Shown here: in pieces, positions 1 to 9,018 of the stretch
Position numbering within the stretch: the stretch's first letter is position 1
Layout: the number at the start of each line of letters is the position of its first letter
Source of the DNA: a virus
Lineage: Duplodnaviria > Heunggongvirae > Uroviricota > Caudoviricetes
Direction: 5' to 3' (one strand)
Length of the DNA: 24,912 bases
Virus record (IMG/VR): IMGVR_UViG_2531839583_000011
Location: 1-24,912 of that record
Program-made: the position numbers and the translations under genes
The notes under the pieces: model-generated
Told to the model about the DNA's origin: nothing
Databases searched by the model: none
What the model saw: only the letters and a program-made list of their open reading frames with translations

Positions 1-1236
1 CTACGATAACCGCGCATTCAACATAGCTACCTGTTCGTCGTTCATGTCATCAATCCACATACCGTAAATTTCATACACCATCTGCGCAGTTTCATGCCCC
101 ATCTGGCTGGCTATAAATGCCGGGTTCGCTCCTGCCGTCAACAGCCAGCAGGCAAAAGTATGTCGCGTATGGTACGGATTACGGCGGCGAATACCAGCAC
201 GTTTTACTGCTGCATTCCATCTCGCACCCAAACTGCTTACCGAGTAATAAGGTTTCTGTTTTCCGTTACACATCCTGGGCATGAAAACAAAATGCAGTTT
301 TTGCTTTTCGGTTCTGCCGTACTCCCGATGATAAAAAGTGATTTCGCTTTTGCGATGATGCCCGGTCAGTTTGTATTGCTCCTTCAGTGCTTCAAGAGCT
401 GGCTGTAGTAATGTTACCGTCCGGATCCCGGCATTTGTTTTTGGGGGACCGAACATATCAAGTATCGTCAGGTTTCTTCTGACATTCACAATTCCCTTCT
501 CGAAATCCACATCCTCCCACGCCAGAGCTGCCAGTTCCCCGTGACGAAGCCCGGAGTAAACGGCAAATTTCCACAAGTTTTGGCTCTGTCCTTTTTCACT
601 TTCCATTAATGCATTGAATTCTGTTTTAGATAACGGGTCAGGCTTTATTCTGTTTCGCTGTAATTTTTTTACTCCTTCAAATGGTTTGGTTGATATAAAT
701 CCCGACTGATACGCAAAACGTAACAGCGAACAGAGCAGGGCGATATAGTTATCAACTGTGCGCACGGTTCTTCCTTTTTTGTTGGATCTTGGATTATCCA
801 GGTAAAGCGTTTCTCCATGCAGCAGTTCATTCCGGTAGTTTAAGATATCGCTATAACGAATATATGATATCGGGGTACTTTCACAAATTATTATTCTGAG
901 TGTTTTTAATTGTGATTTCGTTTTCTTCATTGTGTTTGTTGTTAACTCTGTCTCTTTAATTTTTGTCCAGATATCACAAAGCTCCCCGAACGTTTTTATG
1001 ACTCTCGTTGTCACCATTTTTGCCCCAGTGCTGGACTGGGGAAAACGTCTTAAATACTCAAATTCACCGGAGTTTATTTCATGAACTATCAGCGCTCTTA
1101 AATTTCCGGCTTTTTTAATATTACTGTTTGTAATCTCCCAGCCTTTTAATGTTTCCCGACATCGTTTTCCTCGAAACATGAACCAGATGCGAATGTTTCT
1201 ACCTCTAATCTCGACACCTGTTGGTAATTTAGACAT
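1..1236 (-). CDS. intR: Prophage tyrosine integrase, 411 aa, complete (stop at 1-3, ATG at 1234-1236)
   Basis: Full-length ORF in track; N-terminus MSKLPTGVEIRGRNIRIWF and C-terminal R..HxxR..Y-type region typical of lambda-family integrases; position at prophage end next to xis. Recognised from memory as Rac IntR. Confidence 0.88.
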   Translation of the reverse strand: MSKLPTGVEIRGRNIRIWFMFRGKRCRETLKGWEITNSNIKKAGNLRALIVHEINSGEFEYLRRFPQSSTGAKMVTTRVIKTFGELCDIWTKIKETELTTNTMKKTKSQLKTLRIIICESTPISYIRYSDILNYRNELLHGETLYLDNPRSNKKGRTVRTVDNYIALLCSLLRFAYQSGFISTKPFEGVKKLQRNRIKPDPLSKTEFNALMESEKGQSQNLWKFAVYSGLRHGELAALAWEDVDFEKGIVNVRRNLTILDMFGPPKTNAGIRTVTLLQPALEALKEQYKLTGHHRKSEITFYHREYGRTEKQKLHFVFMPRMCNGKQKPYYSVSSLGARWNAAVKRAGIRRRNPYHTRHTFACWLLTAGANPAFIASQMGHETAQMVYEIYGMWIDDMNDEQVAMLNARLS

Positions 1237-1237
1237 A

Positions 1238-1453
1238 TCATGAGTCTTTGATAAACTGATTTATCTTTGGATAGTTGTACCAGATAATCCCTCGTTTGCT
1301 GTCTGGCTTACCTAAAGGAGATACTCGTTTGAAGTGGAAGCCCTCCACCCAACAGTTCTGGCGGTATGCTTCAATTTGTCTGGCCCCCAGACCAGTGCGA
1401 AGCATCAGGCCGTATTCAACCATCCACTCTTCATTAAAGATTACTTGTGCCAT
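1238..1453 (-). CDS. xisR: Excisionase-like small protein (71 aa from [10 protein letters not shown])
   Basis: ORF 1238-1477; internal ATG at 1451-1453 preceded on minus strand by GAGGTG Shine-Dalgarno; lies immediately upstream of int as in lambdoid int-xis modules. Confidence 0.7.
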   Translation of the reverse strand: MAQVIFNEEWMVEYGLMLRTGLGARQIEAYRQNCWVEGFHFKRVSPLGKPDSKRGIIWYNYPKINQFIKDS

Positions 1454-1552
1454 CGCATCACCTCTGGCAGGCGCCAATGTTAGACTGAAATTGACGCCTG
1501 ATGTTGATTATTAATAATCAGCTATGAAGTTTTAATTTGAATACAATGCAAT

Positions 1553-1741
1553 TCACGAGGACTGAAGTTTCTCGCAATTAAAATTTATCAGTTTTACTTT
1601 CTGCTCTCTGGAAACGCCTGCTTCTTTTTTACCTGAGAGCATTTTTTCGCATTCTGATTTCGTTAGTTTAGATTTTGAATATCTTGTCCAGTTAGTAGGA
1701 GTGCCACCTTCCTTTTCAATTGTAGCGGTAATTTTATACAT
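1553..1741 (-). CDS. ydaC: Small conserved Rac protein (YdaC-like), 62 aa from MYKITATIEKEGG
   Basis: ORF 1553-1813; ATG at 1739-1741 has GGAGG 5 nt upstream on minus strand; start choice uncertain (longer form would overlap ralR by 80 nt). Confidence 0.5.
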   Translation of the reverse strand: MYKITATIEKEGGTPTNWTRYSKSKLTKSECEKMLSGKKEAGVSREQKVKLINFNCEKLQSS

Positions 1742-1940
1742 GAACGCCTCCATTAATATTTTCAGTGGTTCGTTTATTCCATCTTTCGAGCGCTTCTTTT
1801 TCACTTCCACCATAGCCAGTTCGGGATTCGCATCCGTTGCATTTTGCCCGGTAATATCCTGAAATGTCTTTCACCGTTACTGATGGACAACCACAAAACG
1901 GACATGGTTTAACATCGTCATATCTCAAAGTTTTTGTCAT
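1734..1940 (-). CDS. ralR: RalR/Lar restriction-alleviation protein, type I toxin (DNase), 68 aa from MTKTLRYDDVKPCPFCG
   Basis: Cys-rich motif CPFCGC...CNGCESRTGYGGSEKEALERWNKR matches recalled RalR; located between ydaC and recT as in Rac. Confidence 0.78.
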   Translation of the reverse strand: MTKTLRYDDVKPCPFCGCPSVTVKDISGYYRAKCNGCESRTGYGGSEKEALERWNKRTTENINGGVHV

Positions 1941-1984
1941 AAAAACTATCTCACGTTGGCGGTGCATTACACCGCCAGGCTGGA

Positions 1985-2818
1985 TTATTCTTCTGGATTA
2001 TCGATTACACTGTATTCCCCGGCTATAACCGATATGTCGTCTGGATTAATTGTTTCCACCTCTTTTCCATCCATCGATACTGCACGCTGGATTTCAATAG
2101 ATACCGGCAGATACTTGAACAGTTTTCGTATCACTGTCTTTTTGGCCATGTCTTCAAAGTGTTCATCCCAGATGGACGACGCCCCTTTTGACGCTGCGTT
2201 TTTTGCCGCCTTGCTGTGTGTGTCGCGAACTTTTTCTACTTGTTTGCGGGTCATGACTTCAAACTGCACTCCTCCGTCTTTCAGTTTTGCAACAGCATAG
2301 ACATGGGTTATAGGGGCATCTTCGTTTTCACCGGGACGATGAACCAGTTTTTCATCAAGGCCAAGTTCATAGCTGAATTCATCACATTCACGGACAACAC
2401 GAGCTGACAGACTGATGATTTGACCTGATCGACGGGCAAGGTCGATCATGCCGCGATAACCGATGATCAGCTGTACGTTCTTCTTACCGTTTTTTGCTTT
2501 TCCGTTGCCGAACGGTAGCAGATATGCATGACCGAGGGCGCTACCTGGCTCAAGTCCGAGCTGTGAACACTGTACGATGGCACCGATAAAACTCGTCGAG
2601 TCACAGTTTCTTAGTTCCGGTACTTTACGGATTTCTGTTGTAGCAATGCGGATCATGCGTTCCGCTGTCATGTGACGTGGCAGAGCTGCTGCCAGTTGCG
2701 CTTTCATTGCCGGGCTGTTAATCACGCACAGCACATCCTTATCGTTAACTGCTGCTGGTGCACGGTTTCCCTGAGTTTTTTGCAGATCGGCTTTTGCGAT
2801 AGGTGGTTGCTTAGTCAT
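1985..2818 (-). CDS. recT: RecT single-strand annealing protein (starts [16 protein letters not shown])
   Basis: Sequence recognised as RecT; start ATG (2816-2818) overlaps recE stop (2811-2813) in ATGACTAA arrangement, i.e. translational coupling. Confidence 0.9.
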   Translation of the reverse strand: MTKQPPIAKADLQKTQGNRAPAAVNDKDVLCVINSPAMKAQLAAALPRHMTAERMIRIATTEIRKVPELRNCDSTSFIGAIVQCSQLGLEPGSALGHAYLLPFGNGKAKNGKKNVQLIIGYRGMIDLARRSGQIISLSARVVRECDEFSYELGLDEKLVHRPGENEDAPITHVYAVAKLKDGGVQFEVMTRKQVEKVRDTHSKAAKNAASKGASSIWDEHFEDMAKKTVIRKLFKYLPVSIEIQRAVSMDGKEVETINPDDISVIAGEYSVIDNPEE

Positions 2819-5411
2819 TTGCATACTCCTTAGCCCAGCGGGGCAGTGATAACGTCTTAATAGCTGGCCATTCATCGGTATTTAGGCAGTCAGCCAGGGT
2901 CCGCAGATTGCGGTGATATTCCTGCTGGCCTGCCAGTTTTGCTTCTTCGCCCATCATGAAAATCTCAACCGGATAACGTCCGCATTCAACAGTTGTGCTG
3001 GCAACCAGAAAAACGAAAGTTGGCTGCACACCAAACTGTGCTTCATAACCGTCACTGTAGAATGCATCCTGAACGTGATAGCGGTAGTCGTAATAAGACG
3101 TTTTGAATCGTTGAATATCCGCTGTGGTTTTCACGTCCATGATCCAGTGAAATTCAGGAATAATTTTGTCCGGACGGCACCGACACAAAATTCCTGTTTC
3201 CGGATCTTCCCAGTAAATTGATGATTCAGCGTGTCCGGCGCTTTCAACAAGCCATTGCCCCAGCGGCAAAGCCATAACGCTTTGATACATGAGTTCAATT
3301 TTCCGGCCTTCTTCCGCAGTGATAACCGTTTTTCCTGTGCTTGCGCATTCCATCAGAAACGCTTTCTCTTCTTCTTTTCCGGCGTTTGTACGGCGGTTAA
3401 ATTCAGGTGCTACGATAAAGCGGTTACTAAATTCTTCCGGTTCAAGTACCCGGCAGTGGAAAGCGGTTCCTAAATCGAGCGTTTTTGTCTTTGTAGTGTC
3501 CACGGGGGCATTTTTACGCCACAAATACAGTGCCGGAGTATCAGCAATGTCATCGAGCTGAGACTTACTGACACCGGGACCCGCGTGGTAATTCTCATTC
3601 GAAATTCCGTAATAAATACCGGGCTCTATGTCTTCTACGATTACGGGATCTGCGACTTCGCCAGTTTCATCACTGCAATCGCGATGCGGATCGCTGCCAG
3701 CATTCTCATTGTGCGGATGTTCAGCGCCTTCCATTTCCTCCGGATCTTTTTCCTTAGCTTCAACCTGATTCTCTTCACCGAATGTTTCCTGGTATGTTGC
3801 GTCGCCCATCACCGCACCACAGTCAGGGCAGTTATCCCCGCCAGTCTGACCGCAGGCATTGCAGACTATTTCCTGTTCCTGTTGCACTACTGGCTCAGGT
3901 TGTTTCGCATCCGGGCTGATTATTTCCGTTTCTGGCTGGTTCTGGTACACAGAATCGCGAGTCTGGATCCCCTTTACCCATTTCGGATCGTTCGGGTCGC
4001 TAATTCCGTCAACAAATTCACCACGTGATGCAGCAAGCAATTTATCGGCATCGACAGGATCTTTTGATGGAATGTTTTTTCGGGCTTCATGGAGTTCTGC
4101 CCGCAGTTCCTGATATTTCGCATCAACAGAATTTACCTGTGACTGAGCATCCAGCGGCTGCGTGTCCTGATGATGTTCAGTTGCGTCCGGTTCCATTGTT
4201 TCAGCCTCTCCCTGTTCAACTGCCGTTGTTCCAGATGGTTGCGGTTTTTCTTCATCATCCTGTTTTCCTTCTTCTGTTACTCGCTGCGGCATCGGGGCAG
4301 AGGAGCGACCGCAGGCAATATCCACGATTTCCGGATCAGGGTTGGCATGATCGGTTTCAGTCAGTACTTTGTTCAGATATTCAGTGACGTGCGCGGGGAT
4401 GACCTCGATCCCAATTGGTGCTTCTTTTACGGACGCAACCACGATGGCGCGGGAATAATCCAGCCCGCCAGGCATGGTGATGAATTTGTCGCGGAAAACA
4501 GAAAAGGGCGGTTTATTTTCAGCGATAATTTCCTCAATGCGTTTAGCGTGTGCCGGATGAAGGTTATAGATGTCCAGATCCATTGAACGGGCCAGTACGC
4601 CAGTGGCTACGTCGCACGCCAGTGACGTCAGATCGTGTACGAAACCTTCGCCGCGATCGGTGAGGTTTCCGCCGCCAGCATTAGCACCGGAAGCCGTGCG
4701 AGTGATGTGTGAAACACGATTACCCTTCATCCACTCTTTTGTCAGCAGTCCTCGATCGGTGTAGTCAGCGTTCAGGTATGCTTCGAAAAAAGCAGTTATC
4801 AGTCCCAGGTTTGAATTACCAGGATTAGGGAAAACTTTGTCAGTGTCACGAACCAGTTTGTGGAGTTCGCGAATTTCCAGCGGGTCGAGCAGGCTGGTTT
4901 TGTGGGAAACAGCCAGGGCAGTAACAGCCGGTAGTTCTTCAGCCCGAGCAATGTGTAATGCCTGGAGTCCGTCGCGTGAAACGTGCGTTACCGGTTTTTC
5001 GCTGCCGTGTTGAGCAAGCCAACGAATGGGCAGTTCCTGGCCAGAAATTGGGAGTAGCATATTCTCCTCAATCTCAGTCATGTCTTCGCCGTTGACGTTG
5101 GTATTGCCTTGATAGTGAGCGTTGTCTGGTGCTGCTCCCGGTTTTAGTTCCCATGTCATGGAGTCTTTGCTGAGTTGATAGCGTTCACTCCAGGTAAAAT
5201 CGATCTCACCTTCAGCGGGCAGGTCATTAACGACAGGAAAATTCGTGGCAACAGCTTTAAAATAGCTGCTCAGTTTTTTACCTGACTTAACGATCAGGTA
5301 GTCCAGAGTGGCACAGGTCGATTCAAAATCGTTGCTTGCCCACAGGACGACGTCAGGTTCACCGGATGATTTTTTCGCTTTCCGTAACAGGAAGAGTGGT
5401 TTTGTGCTCAT
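2811..5411 (-). CDS. recE: RecE exonuclease VIII, 866 aa
   Basis: 866-aa ORF, same length as recalled K-12 RecE; acidic/Q-rich central region, C-terminal nuclease domain; GAGGT Shine-Dalgarno before ATG at 5409-5411; directly upstream of recT. Confidence 0.92.
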   Translation of the reverse strand: MSTKPLFLLRKAKKSSGEPDVVLWASNDFESTCATLDYLIVKSGKKLSSYFKAVATNFPVVNDLPAEGEIDFTWSERYQLSKDSMTWELKPGAAPDNAHYQGNTNVNGEDMTEIEENMLLPISGQELPIRWLAQHGSEKPVTHVSRDGLQALHIARAEELPAVTALAVSHKTSLLDPLEIRELHKLVRDTDKVFPNPGNSNLGLITAFFEAYLNADYTDRGLLTKEWMKGNRVSHITRTASGANAGGGNLTDRGEGFVHDLTSLACDVATGVLARSMDLDIYNLHPAHAKRIEEIIAENKPPFSVFRDKFITMPGGLDYSRAIVVASVKEAPIGIEVIPAHVTEYLNKVLTETDHANPDPEIVDIACGRSSAPMPQRVTEEGKQDDEEKPQPSGTTAVEQGEAETMEPDATEHHQDTQPLDAQSQVNSVDAKYQELRAELHEARKNIPSKDPVDADKLLAASRGEFVDGISDPNDPKWVKGIQTRDSVYQNQPETEIISPDAKQPEPVVQQEQEIVCNACGQTGGDNCPDCGAVMGDATYQETFGEENQVEAKEKDPEEMEGAEHPHNENAGSDPHRDCSDETGEVADPVIVEDIEPGIYYGISNENYHAGPGVSKSQLDDIADTPALYLWRKNAPVDTTKTKTLDLGTAFHCRVLEPEEFSNRFIVAPEFNRRTNAGKEEEKAFLMECASTGKTVITAEEGRKIELMYQSVMALPLGQWLVESAGHAESSIYWEDPETGILCRCRPDKIIPEFHWIMDVKTTADIQRFKTSYYDYRYHVQDAFYSDGYEAQFGVQPTFVFLVASTTVECGRYPVEIFMMGEEAKLAGQQEYHRNLRTLADCLNTDEWPAIKTLSLPRWAKEYAND

Positions 5412-5512
5412 TGTTTTTTAACCTCAACTCAGATTAAAATTCGTTTTGTTCAGTGAATGATCTTGCCGGATACACACTGTTCATAGCCTGCGCCATACGC
5501 AGGCTATTTCTT

Positions 5513-5788
5513 TCAGATTTCACCTTTTAATTTCATTGCAATTAGAGTTGCCAGAAATTCGGCTTTTTTTTCTGCGGGCAGATTCTTTCCGATATGCACC
5601 AGGCACATTTTTTTGACACCTTCATCAAGTGTTTTTACGTTGCCTGATGGACCATCGATATCAACCACAGTGAATGGGGTTTCTTTATTTTCTGTTTTAA
5701 TTACGTAGCCAATGCGCTTTCCTTCCAGATTCACCTCGTGAACAATGTCATCGGTAGTTACAACAGTGGCTTCATAATTGGTAATCAT
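5513..5788 (-). CDS. racC: RacC, 91 aa from MITNYEATVVTTDD
   Basis: ORF 5513-5836; internal ATG at 5786-5788 with AAGGAG Shine-Dalgarno on minus strand; sequence recalled as Rac RacC. Confidence 0.78.
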   Translation of the reverse strand: MITNYEATVVTTDDIVHEVNLEGKRIGYVIKTENKETPFTVVDIDGPSGNVKTLDEGVKKMCLVHIGKNLPAEKKAEFLATLIAMKLKGEI

Positions 5789-5862
5789 GTTTTTCTCCTT
5801 AATTAAGGTTGAGCGAATACCTGCCATTTCTGGCATAAATTCAGTTTCGAATAGTCAATTAA

Positions 5863-6033
5863 TTAAAGTTCATGTGCCATCTGGTCTTTTTCGGCACAAG
5901 CTTCACTGCAATATTTTCTCGGTTCGTCTTTTGATAAAATCCCGTGCATGAAGTGAAGCATTCTTTCAATAGCTTTGCTTTCTTCAACGTCTTTTTTGCA
6001 AAGGTGGTAAGCACATTTTATTTTCTTAGTCAT
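5863..6033 (-). CDS. ydaE: Small Cys-containing protein YdaE-like, 56 aa ([56 protein letters not shown])
   Basis: Hand-translated ORF below the 60-aa cutoff of the supplied track; CxxxxC...CxxxC pattern; start overlaps kilR stop. Confidence 0.55.
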   Translation of the reverse strand: MTKKIKCAYHLCKKDVEESKAIERMLHFMHGILSKDEPRKYCSEACAEKDQMAHEL

Positions 6034-6254
6034 CACCATGACTCCGCCTTTACAGGTAAACCATCACGACCGAGGAAGACTTTAATCATGCGGTCAGTAA
6101 TGCATGTTTTTGTGGTCAGGTTACGAATATATAGTTTTCGCTTTTTAATATTGTTTGCCGAGGCAATATATGTCCGGCCTTCATGAAGAACATAATCGCC
6201 AGGAGTCACACACTGACGTGGTATTTCATCAGTTCCGAAGTGATGTGCAATCAT
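6033..6254 (-). CDS. kilR: KilR cell-division inhibitor, 73 aa from [14 protein letters not shown]
   Basis: ORF 6033-6266 with internal start; sequence recalled as Rac KilR; gene order racC-ydaE-kilR. Confidence 0.78.
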   Translation of the reverse strand: MIAHHFGTDEIPRQCVTPGDYVLHEGRTYIASANNIKKRKLYIRNLTTKTCITDRMIKVFLGRDGLPVKAESW

Positions 6255-6695
6255 AATTATCTCCATTTTTACAAATGAACTTTGTTGATGCGGTGCCTGG
6301 TGCCTCCAGGTGACTGCAACCAGTTAACAATTACAGTCGGCTTTCCCACCCAAACCAATAAGGACTAACATGACTTTTAACTGTGCCACGTGCGCTTAGC
6401 CGCATTCACCGCATCACAAAATTCACTTTAAAAAGGGCGGACATCAGCCGAACTTCAAGAAAAAAACTGATGCCGCCAGGACTACACACAGCAATGTCGT
6501 TATTTACAACCGGAGGCGCACTCCCACCATTTAAATTTAACAGACAAGACCGACTCTTTATGGATATCGGAAATGCGCCTTCGTGTTGTGCCCGGTTTTA
6601 TTTCACCACCTCCGGGCTTCGGTGGTCTCGGCTATACCCCTACAGCGAGAGCTTGTGTTAACATTTCAATACCCTTACAGTTGAGAGTTATTGAT

Positions 6696-7184
6696 ATGTT
6701 GGATGTATTTACTCCATTGTTGAAACTTTTTGCTAACGAGCCACTCGAAAGACTTATGTATACGATTATCATTTTTGGTCTCACTCTCTGGCTGATACCG
6801 AAAGAGTTTACTGTCGCATTCAATGCTTATACTGAAATACCTTGGCTCTTTCAGATTATCGTTTTTGCCTTTTCTTTCGTGGTCGCCATTTCCTTCTCAA
6901 GATTGCGAGCACATATTCAAAAGCATTATTCATTACTACCAGAGCAACGAGTATTGCTTCGTTTATCTGAGAAAGAAATCGCTGTATTTAAAGATTTCCT
7001 TAAAACAGGAAATCTTATTATCACTTCTCCTTGCCGTAACCCGGTTATGAAAAAATTAGAACGGAAGGGCATCATTCAACATCAGAGGGATAGCGCAAAC
7101 TGTTCTTATTATCTCGTCACCGAAAAATACTCCCATTTTATGAAGTTATTCTGGAACAGCAGGAGTAGACGTTTTAATCGTTAG
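6696..7184 (+). CDS. sieB: SieB superinfection-exclusion membrane protein, 162 aa from MLDVFTPLLKLF
   Basis: Internal ATG at 6696 of ORF 6573-7184; two hydrophobic N-terminal segments; only plus-strand gene in the left early region, as sieB is in Rac/lambda. Confidence 0.82.
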   Translation: MLDVFTPLLKLFANEPLERLMYTIIIFGLTLWLIPKEFTVAFNAYTEIPWLFQIIVFAFSFVVAISFSRLRAHIQKHYSLLPEQRVLLRLSEKEIAVFKDFLKTGNLIITSPCRNPVMKKLERKGIIQHQRDSANCSYYLVTEKYSHFMKLFWNSRSRRFNR

Positions 7185-7336
7185 CTTACTGTGTGCTTCT
7201 CCAACCATCGGCGCGCACCAGTTTCGGTTTTAAATGTTTTGCTTTTGGTATACGTCATGGCAGTGAACGTTCCATCCTGGTTGGAGAACACGCCGCACAC
7301 CAGGGATTCGTTGTTGCCGAGGTCGATTTTTTGCAT
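7181..7336 (-). CDS. ydaF: Small protein YdaF-like, 51 aa (MQKIDLGNNESLVCGVFSNQDGTFTAMTYTKSKTFKTETGARRWLEKHTVS)
   Basis: Hand-translated 51-codon ORF (below track cutoff), convergent with and overlapping the sieB stop; length matches recalled YdaF. Confidence 0.5.
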   Translation of the reverse strand: MQKIDLGNNESLVCGVFSNQDGTFTAMTYTKSKTFKTETGARRWLEKHTVS

Positions 7337-7346
7337 TTTGCGAATC

Positions 7347-7481
7347 TCACATCTTGTTGCTACGTATAGCGACTTCTGCCTGCCAGAGATCCTAGTCGTT
7401 GCTGCGTAAAGCCTGCACAGCCTGGTTGTAAGTGATACCGCAACAATCCATCAAATACTGAACTACTTCGTAATGCACCAT
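7347..7481 (-). pseudogene. ydaG: ydaG-like 44-codon frame interrupted by in-frame TAG at codon 30 (plus-strand cta at 7392-7394)
   Basis: ATG at 7479-7481 with GGAGAG Shine-Dalgarno; frame reads MVHYEVVQYLMDCCGITYNQAVQALRSND then TAG; read-through would add 14 codons to a TGA, giving exactly 44 codons. Confidence 0.4.
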
Positions 7482-7653
7482 CTTATCTCTCCCCTTAACG
7501 CCGGGTGGCGGAACTAACTGCTGCACTGCAAAATTTGAATCCCGCCGTCATGTTCATACGCCTCGGGCTGGCTACTTAACCCCTGACCACTGCCTGGTAA
7601 CTCGAAGTATTGCCCGGCGTTCTGTGGGGCGGGGTGGGTTGGTAGGTATATAA

Positions 7654-7691
7654 TGTACTTTGTGTTCATCATTGTAAAGTACTTTAAGTAC
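7654..7691. promoter_or_regulatory. Putative left operator pair (OL): TGTACTttgTGTTC at 7654-7667 and AGTACTttaAGTAC at 7678-7691
   Basis: Two 14-bp sites with GTACT-N3-(A/T)GT(T/A)C pattern, starts 24 bp apart; same motif and spacing recur in the racR-ydaS intergenic region; a minus-strand TTTACA -35-like hexamer overlaps. Confidence 0.45.
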
Positions 7692-7768
7692 ATTTTATGT
7701 ATAAAAAAATGAGACGGGATAAAGTGAAGCACAAACCCGGAGGGGGACGCTACCGGATTTATGCTGGT

Positions 7769-8188
7769 TTAAGAGGCTTTTTGTTTTTTCTTTCGTGCTA
7801 ACTCTTCGTAAATTGCATTGTACTTCTGTTTTTTCTCCTCAAGAGTTTTTAAAAGTTCATCTGTCTCACTGTCAGGGAGCTCGTCCAGAAGGTCAATGAT
7901 GATTTTTTGTCTTGGATTTAACTCCTGATAGAAACGTATCTGTCCACTTTCTTCTGTATCCTCTCCCAAAAGATAGGTTGGTGTTGTTCCAATGAGTGTT
8001 GCTAATTCCCTTAATTTCTCTCGGCGAGGAATTGTTTCACCATTAAACCATTTGCTAACCGCTTTTGGTGTTAATTTCATTCGACGGGCAATTTCTGCCT
8101 GCCTTCCATGTTGTTCATAACCAGCGTTTTCACAGGCTAGCGCAAGCCTACTGGCGAACTCTTTACGCGCTTTATCTTCATGAACCAT
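7769..8188 (-). CDS. racR: Prophage repressor, XRE-family HTH (cI functional analogue), 139 aa
   Basis: HTH segment QAEIARRMKLTPKAVSKWFNGETIPRREKLRELA; divergent from cro-like gene across an operator-containing intergenic region. Confidence 0.75.
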   Translation of the reverse strand: MVHEDKARKEFASRLALACENAGYEQHGRQAEIARRMKLTPKAVSKWFNGETIPRREKLRELATLIGTTPTYLLGEDTEESGQIRFYQELNPRQKIIIDLLDELPDSETDELLKTLEEKKQKYNAIYEELARKKKQKAS

Positions 8189-8213
8189 AAGTTCAATGAT
8201 ATTCGCTCTTGAA

Positions 8214-8251
8214 TGTACTGTCAGTTCTGTTATAGCATGTACTCAAAGTTC
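8214..8251. promoter_or_regulatory. Putative right operator pair (OR) within divergent PRM/PR region: TGTACTgtcAGTTC at 8214-8227 and TGTACTcaaAGTTC at 8238-8251
   Basis: Two direct copies of TGTACT-N3-AGTTC, starts 24 bp apart, between racR start (8188) and ydaS start (8268); candidate PR -35 TTGAAT at 8209-8214 and -10 TATAGC near 8231-8236. Confidence 0.5.
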
Positions 8252-8267
8252 ACATTGTGAGGATGAT

Positions 8268-8522
8268 ATGAACCAGAAAACACTTGAAGATGTAATCAAA
8301 ACTGTTCGCGTTTCTGTTGTGGCCGACGTTTGTGGTGTCAGCCAAAGAGCAATCTACAAATGGATGGATAACGGAAAATTGCCTCGCACAGAATATACCG
8401 GCGAAACAAATTACGCTGAAAAAATCGCTCATGCATCAAACGGATTATTTTCTGCCGATGCAATTTTAACTATTGGCAGAAATAAAACTACTACGAAAAA
8501 GCTGATGGGAGTTGATTCATGA
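8268..8522 (+). CDS. ydaS: Cro-like/YdaS-like small HTH DNA-binding protein, 84 aa from MNQKTLEDVIK
   Basis: ATG at 8268 preceded by GAGG; HTH segment VADVCGVSQRAIYKWMDNGKLP; stop overlaps ydaT start (ATGA at 8519-8522). Confidence 0.65.
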   Translation: MNQKTLEDVIKTVRVSVVADVCGVSQRAIYKWMDNGKLPRTEYTGETNYAEKIAHASNGLFSADAILTIGRNKTTTKKLMGVDS

Positions 8523-8941
8523 AAATCAAGCATGAGCACATCGAATCAGTGTTGTTAGCCCTGGCAGCCGAAAAAGGGCAGGCGTGGGTCGCTAACGCAA
8601 TTACTGAAGAATATCTGCGCCAGGGGGGCGGCGAATTGCCCCTGGTACCAGGCAAGGACTGGAACAATCAGCAGAATATCTATCATCGTTGGTTGAAAGG
8701 TGAAACGAATGCGCAAAGGGAAAAAATTCAGAAACTGATCCCTGCGGTTCTGGCAATTCTTCCTCGCGAGCTGCGTCACCGACTCTGCATCTTCGATACC
8801 CTGGAACGCCGTGCATTACTGGCGGCACAGGATGCACTGAGTACGGCAATTGATGCGCATGATGATGCAGTCCAGGCCGTTTACCGTAAAGCACATTTCA
8901 GCGGCGGCGGTTCTCCTAGCGATTCTGTCGTAGTGCATTGA
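8519..8941 (+). CDS. ydaT: YdaT, 140 aa (MKIKHEHIESVLLALAAEKGQAWV)
   Basis: Sequence and length match recalled Rac YdaT; position right of the cro-like gene. Confidence 0.85.
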   Translation: MKIKHEHIESVLLALAAEKGQAWVANAITEEYLRQGGGELPLVPGKDWNNQQNIYHRWLKGETNAQREKIQKLIPAVLAILPRELRHRLCIFDTLERRALLAAQDALSTAIDAHDDAVQAVYRKAHFSGGGSPSDSVVVH

Positions 8942-8954
8942 TTGAAATTAATCG

Positions 8955-8976
8955 TACCGAACTGTTTTGTTCGGTA
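8955..8976 (+). other. Stem-loop TACCGAAC-tgtttt-GTTCGGTA after ydaT (no clear U-tract)
   Basis: Perfect 8-bp inverted repeat with 6-nt loop read directly; function unknown (possible tR1-like or protein-binding site). Confidence 0.35.
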
Positions 8977-8986
8977 TCAGTTAAAT

Positions 8987-9005
8987 GTAACGCTGCGAGC
9001 GTTAC
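8987..9005. repeat. 19-bp palindrome GTAACGC-TGCGA-GCGTTAC (copy 1), just upstream of ydaU start
   Basis: Perfect 7-bp arms, 5-bp spacer; exact arm sequence recurs at 9179-9197 and 9386-9404. Confidence 0.7.
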
Positions 9006-9018
9006 AAGGTGAAAACAA

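Noticed and set aside
94-408. 104-aa plus-strand ORF
   Set aside because: Lies entirely antisense within the integrase gene; no ribosome-binding site; odd composition; typical shadow ORF.
2913-4764. Series of plus-strand ORFs (80-147 aa) in the track
   Set aside because: All are antisense within recE, with low-complexity or hydrophobic translations and no credible starts; shadow ORFs of a long gene.
6383-6661. 92-aa plus-strand ORF in the kilR-sieB intergenic region
   Set aside because: No ribosome-binding site; the region contains hairpins (for example CACCACC...GGTGGT near 6604-6630) and is more likely regulatory. A small gene under 60 codons here cannot be excluded.
7514-7732. 72-aa minus-strand ORF
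   Set aside because: Overlaps the putative OL operator/promoter region and has implausible composition; the hand-found 51-codon (7181-7336) and 44-codon (7347-7481) ORFs fit the expected small genes better.
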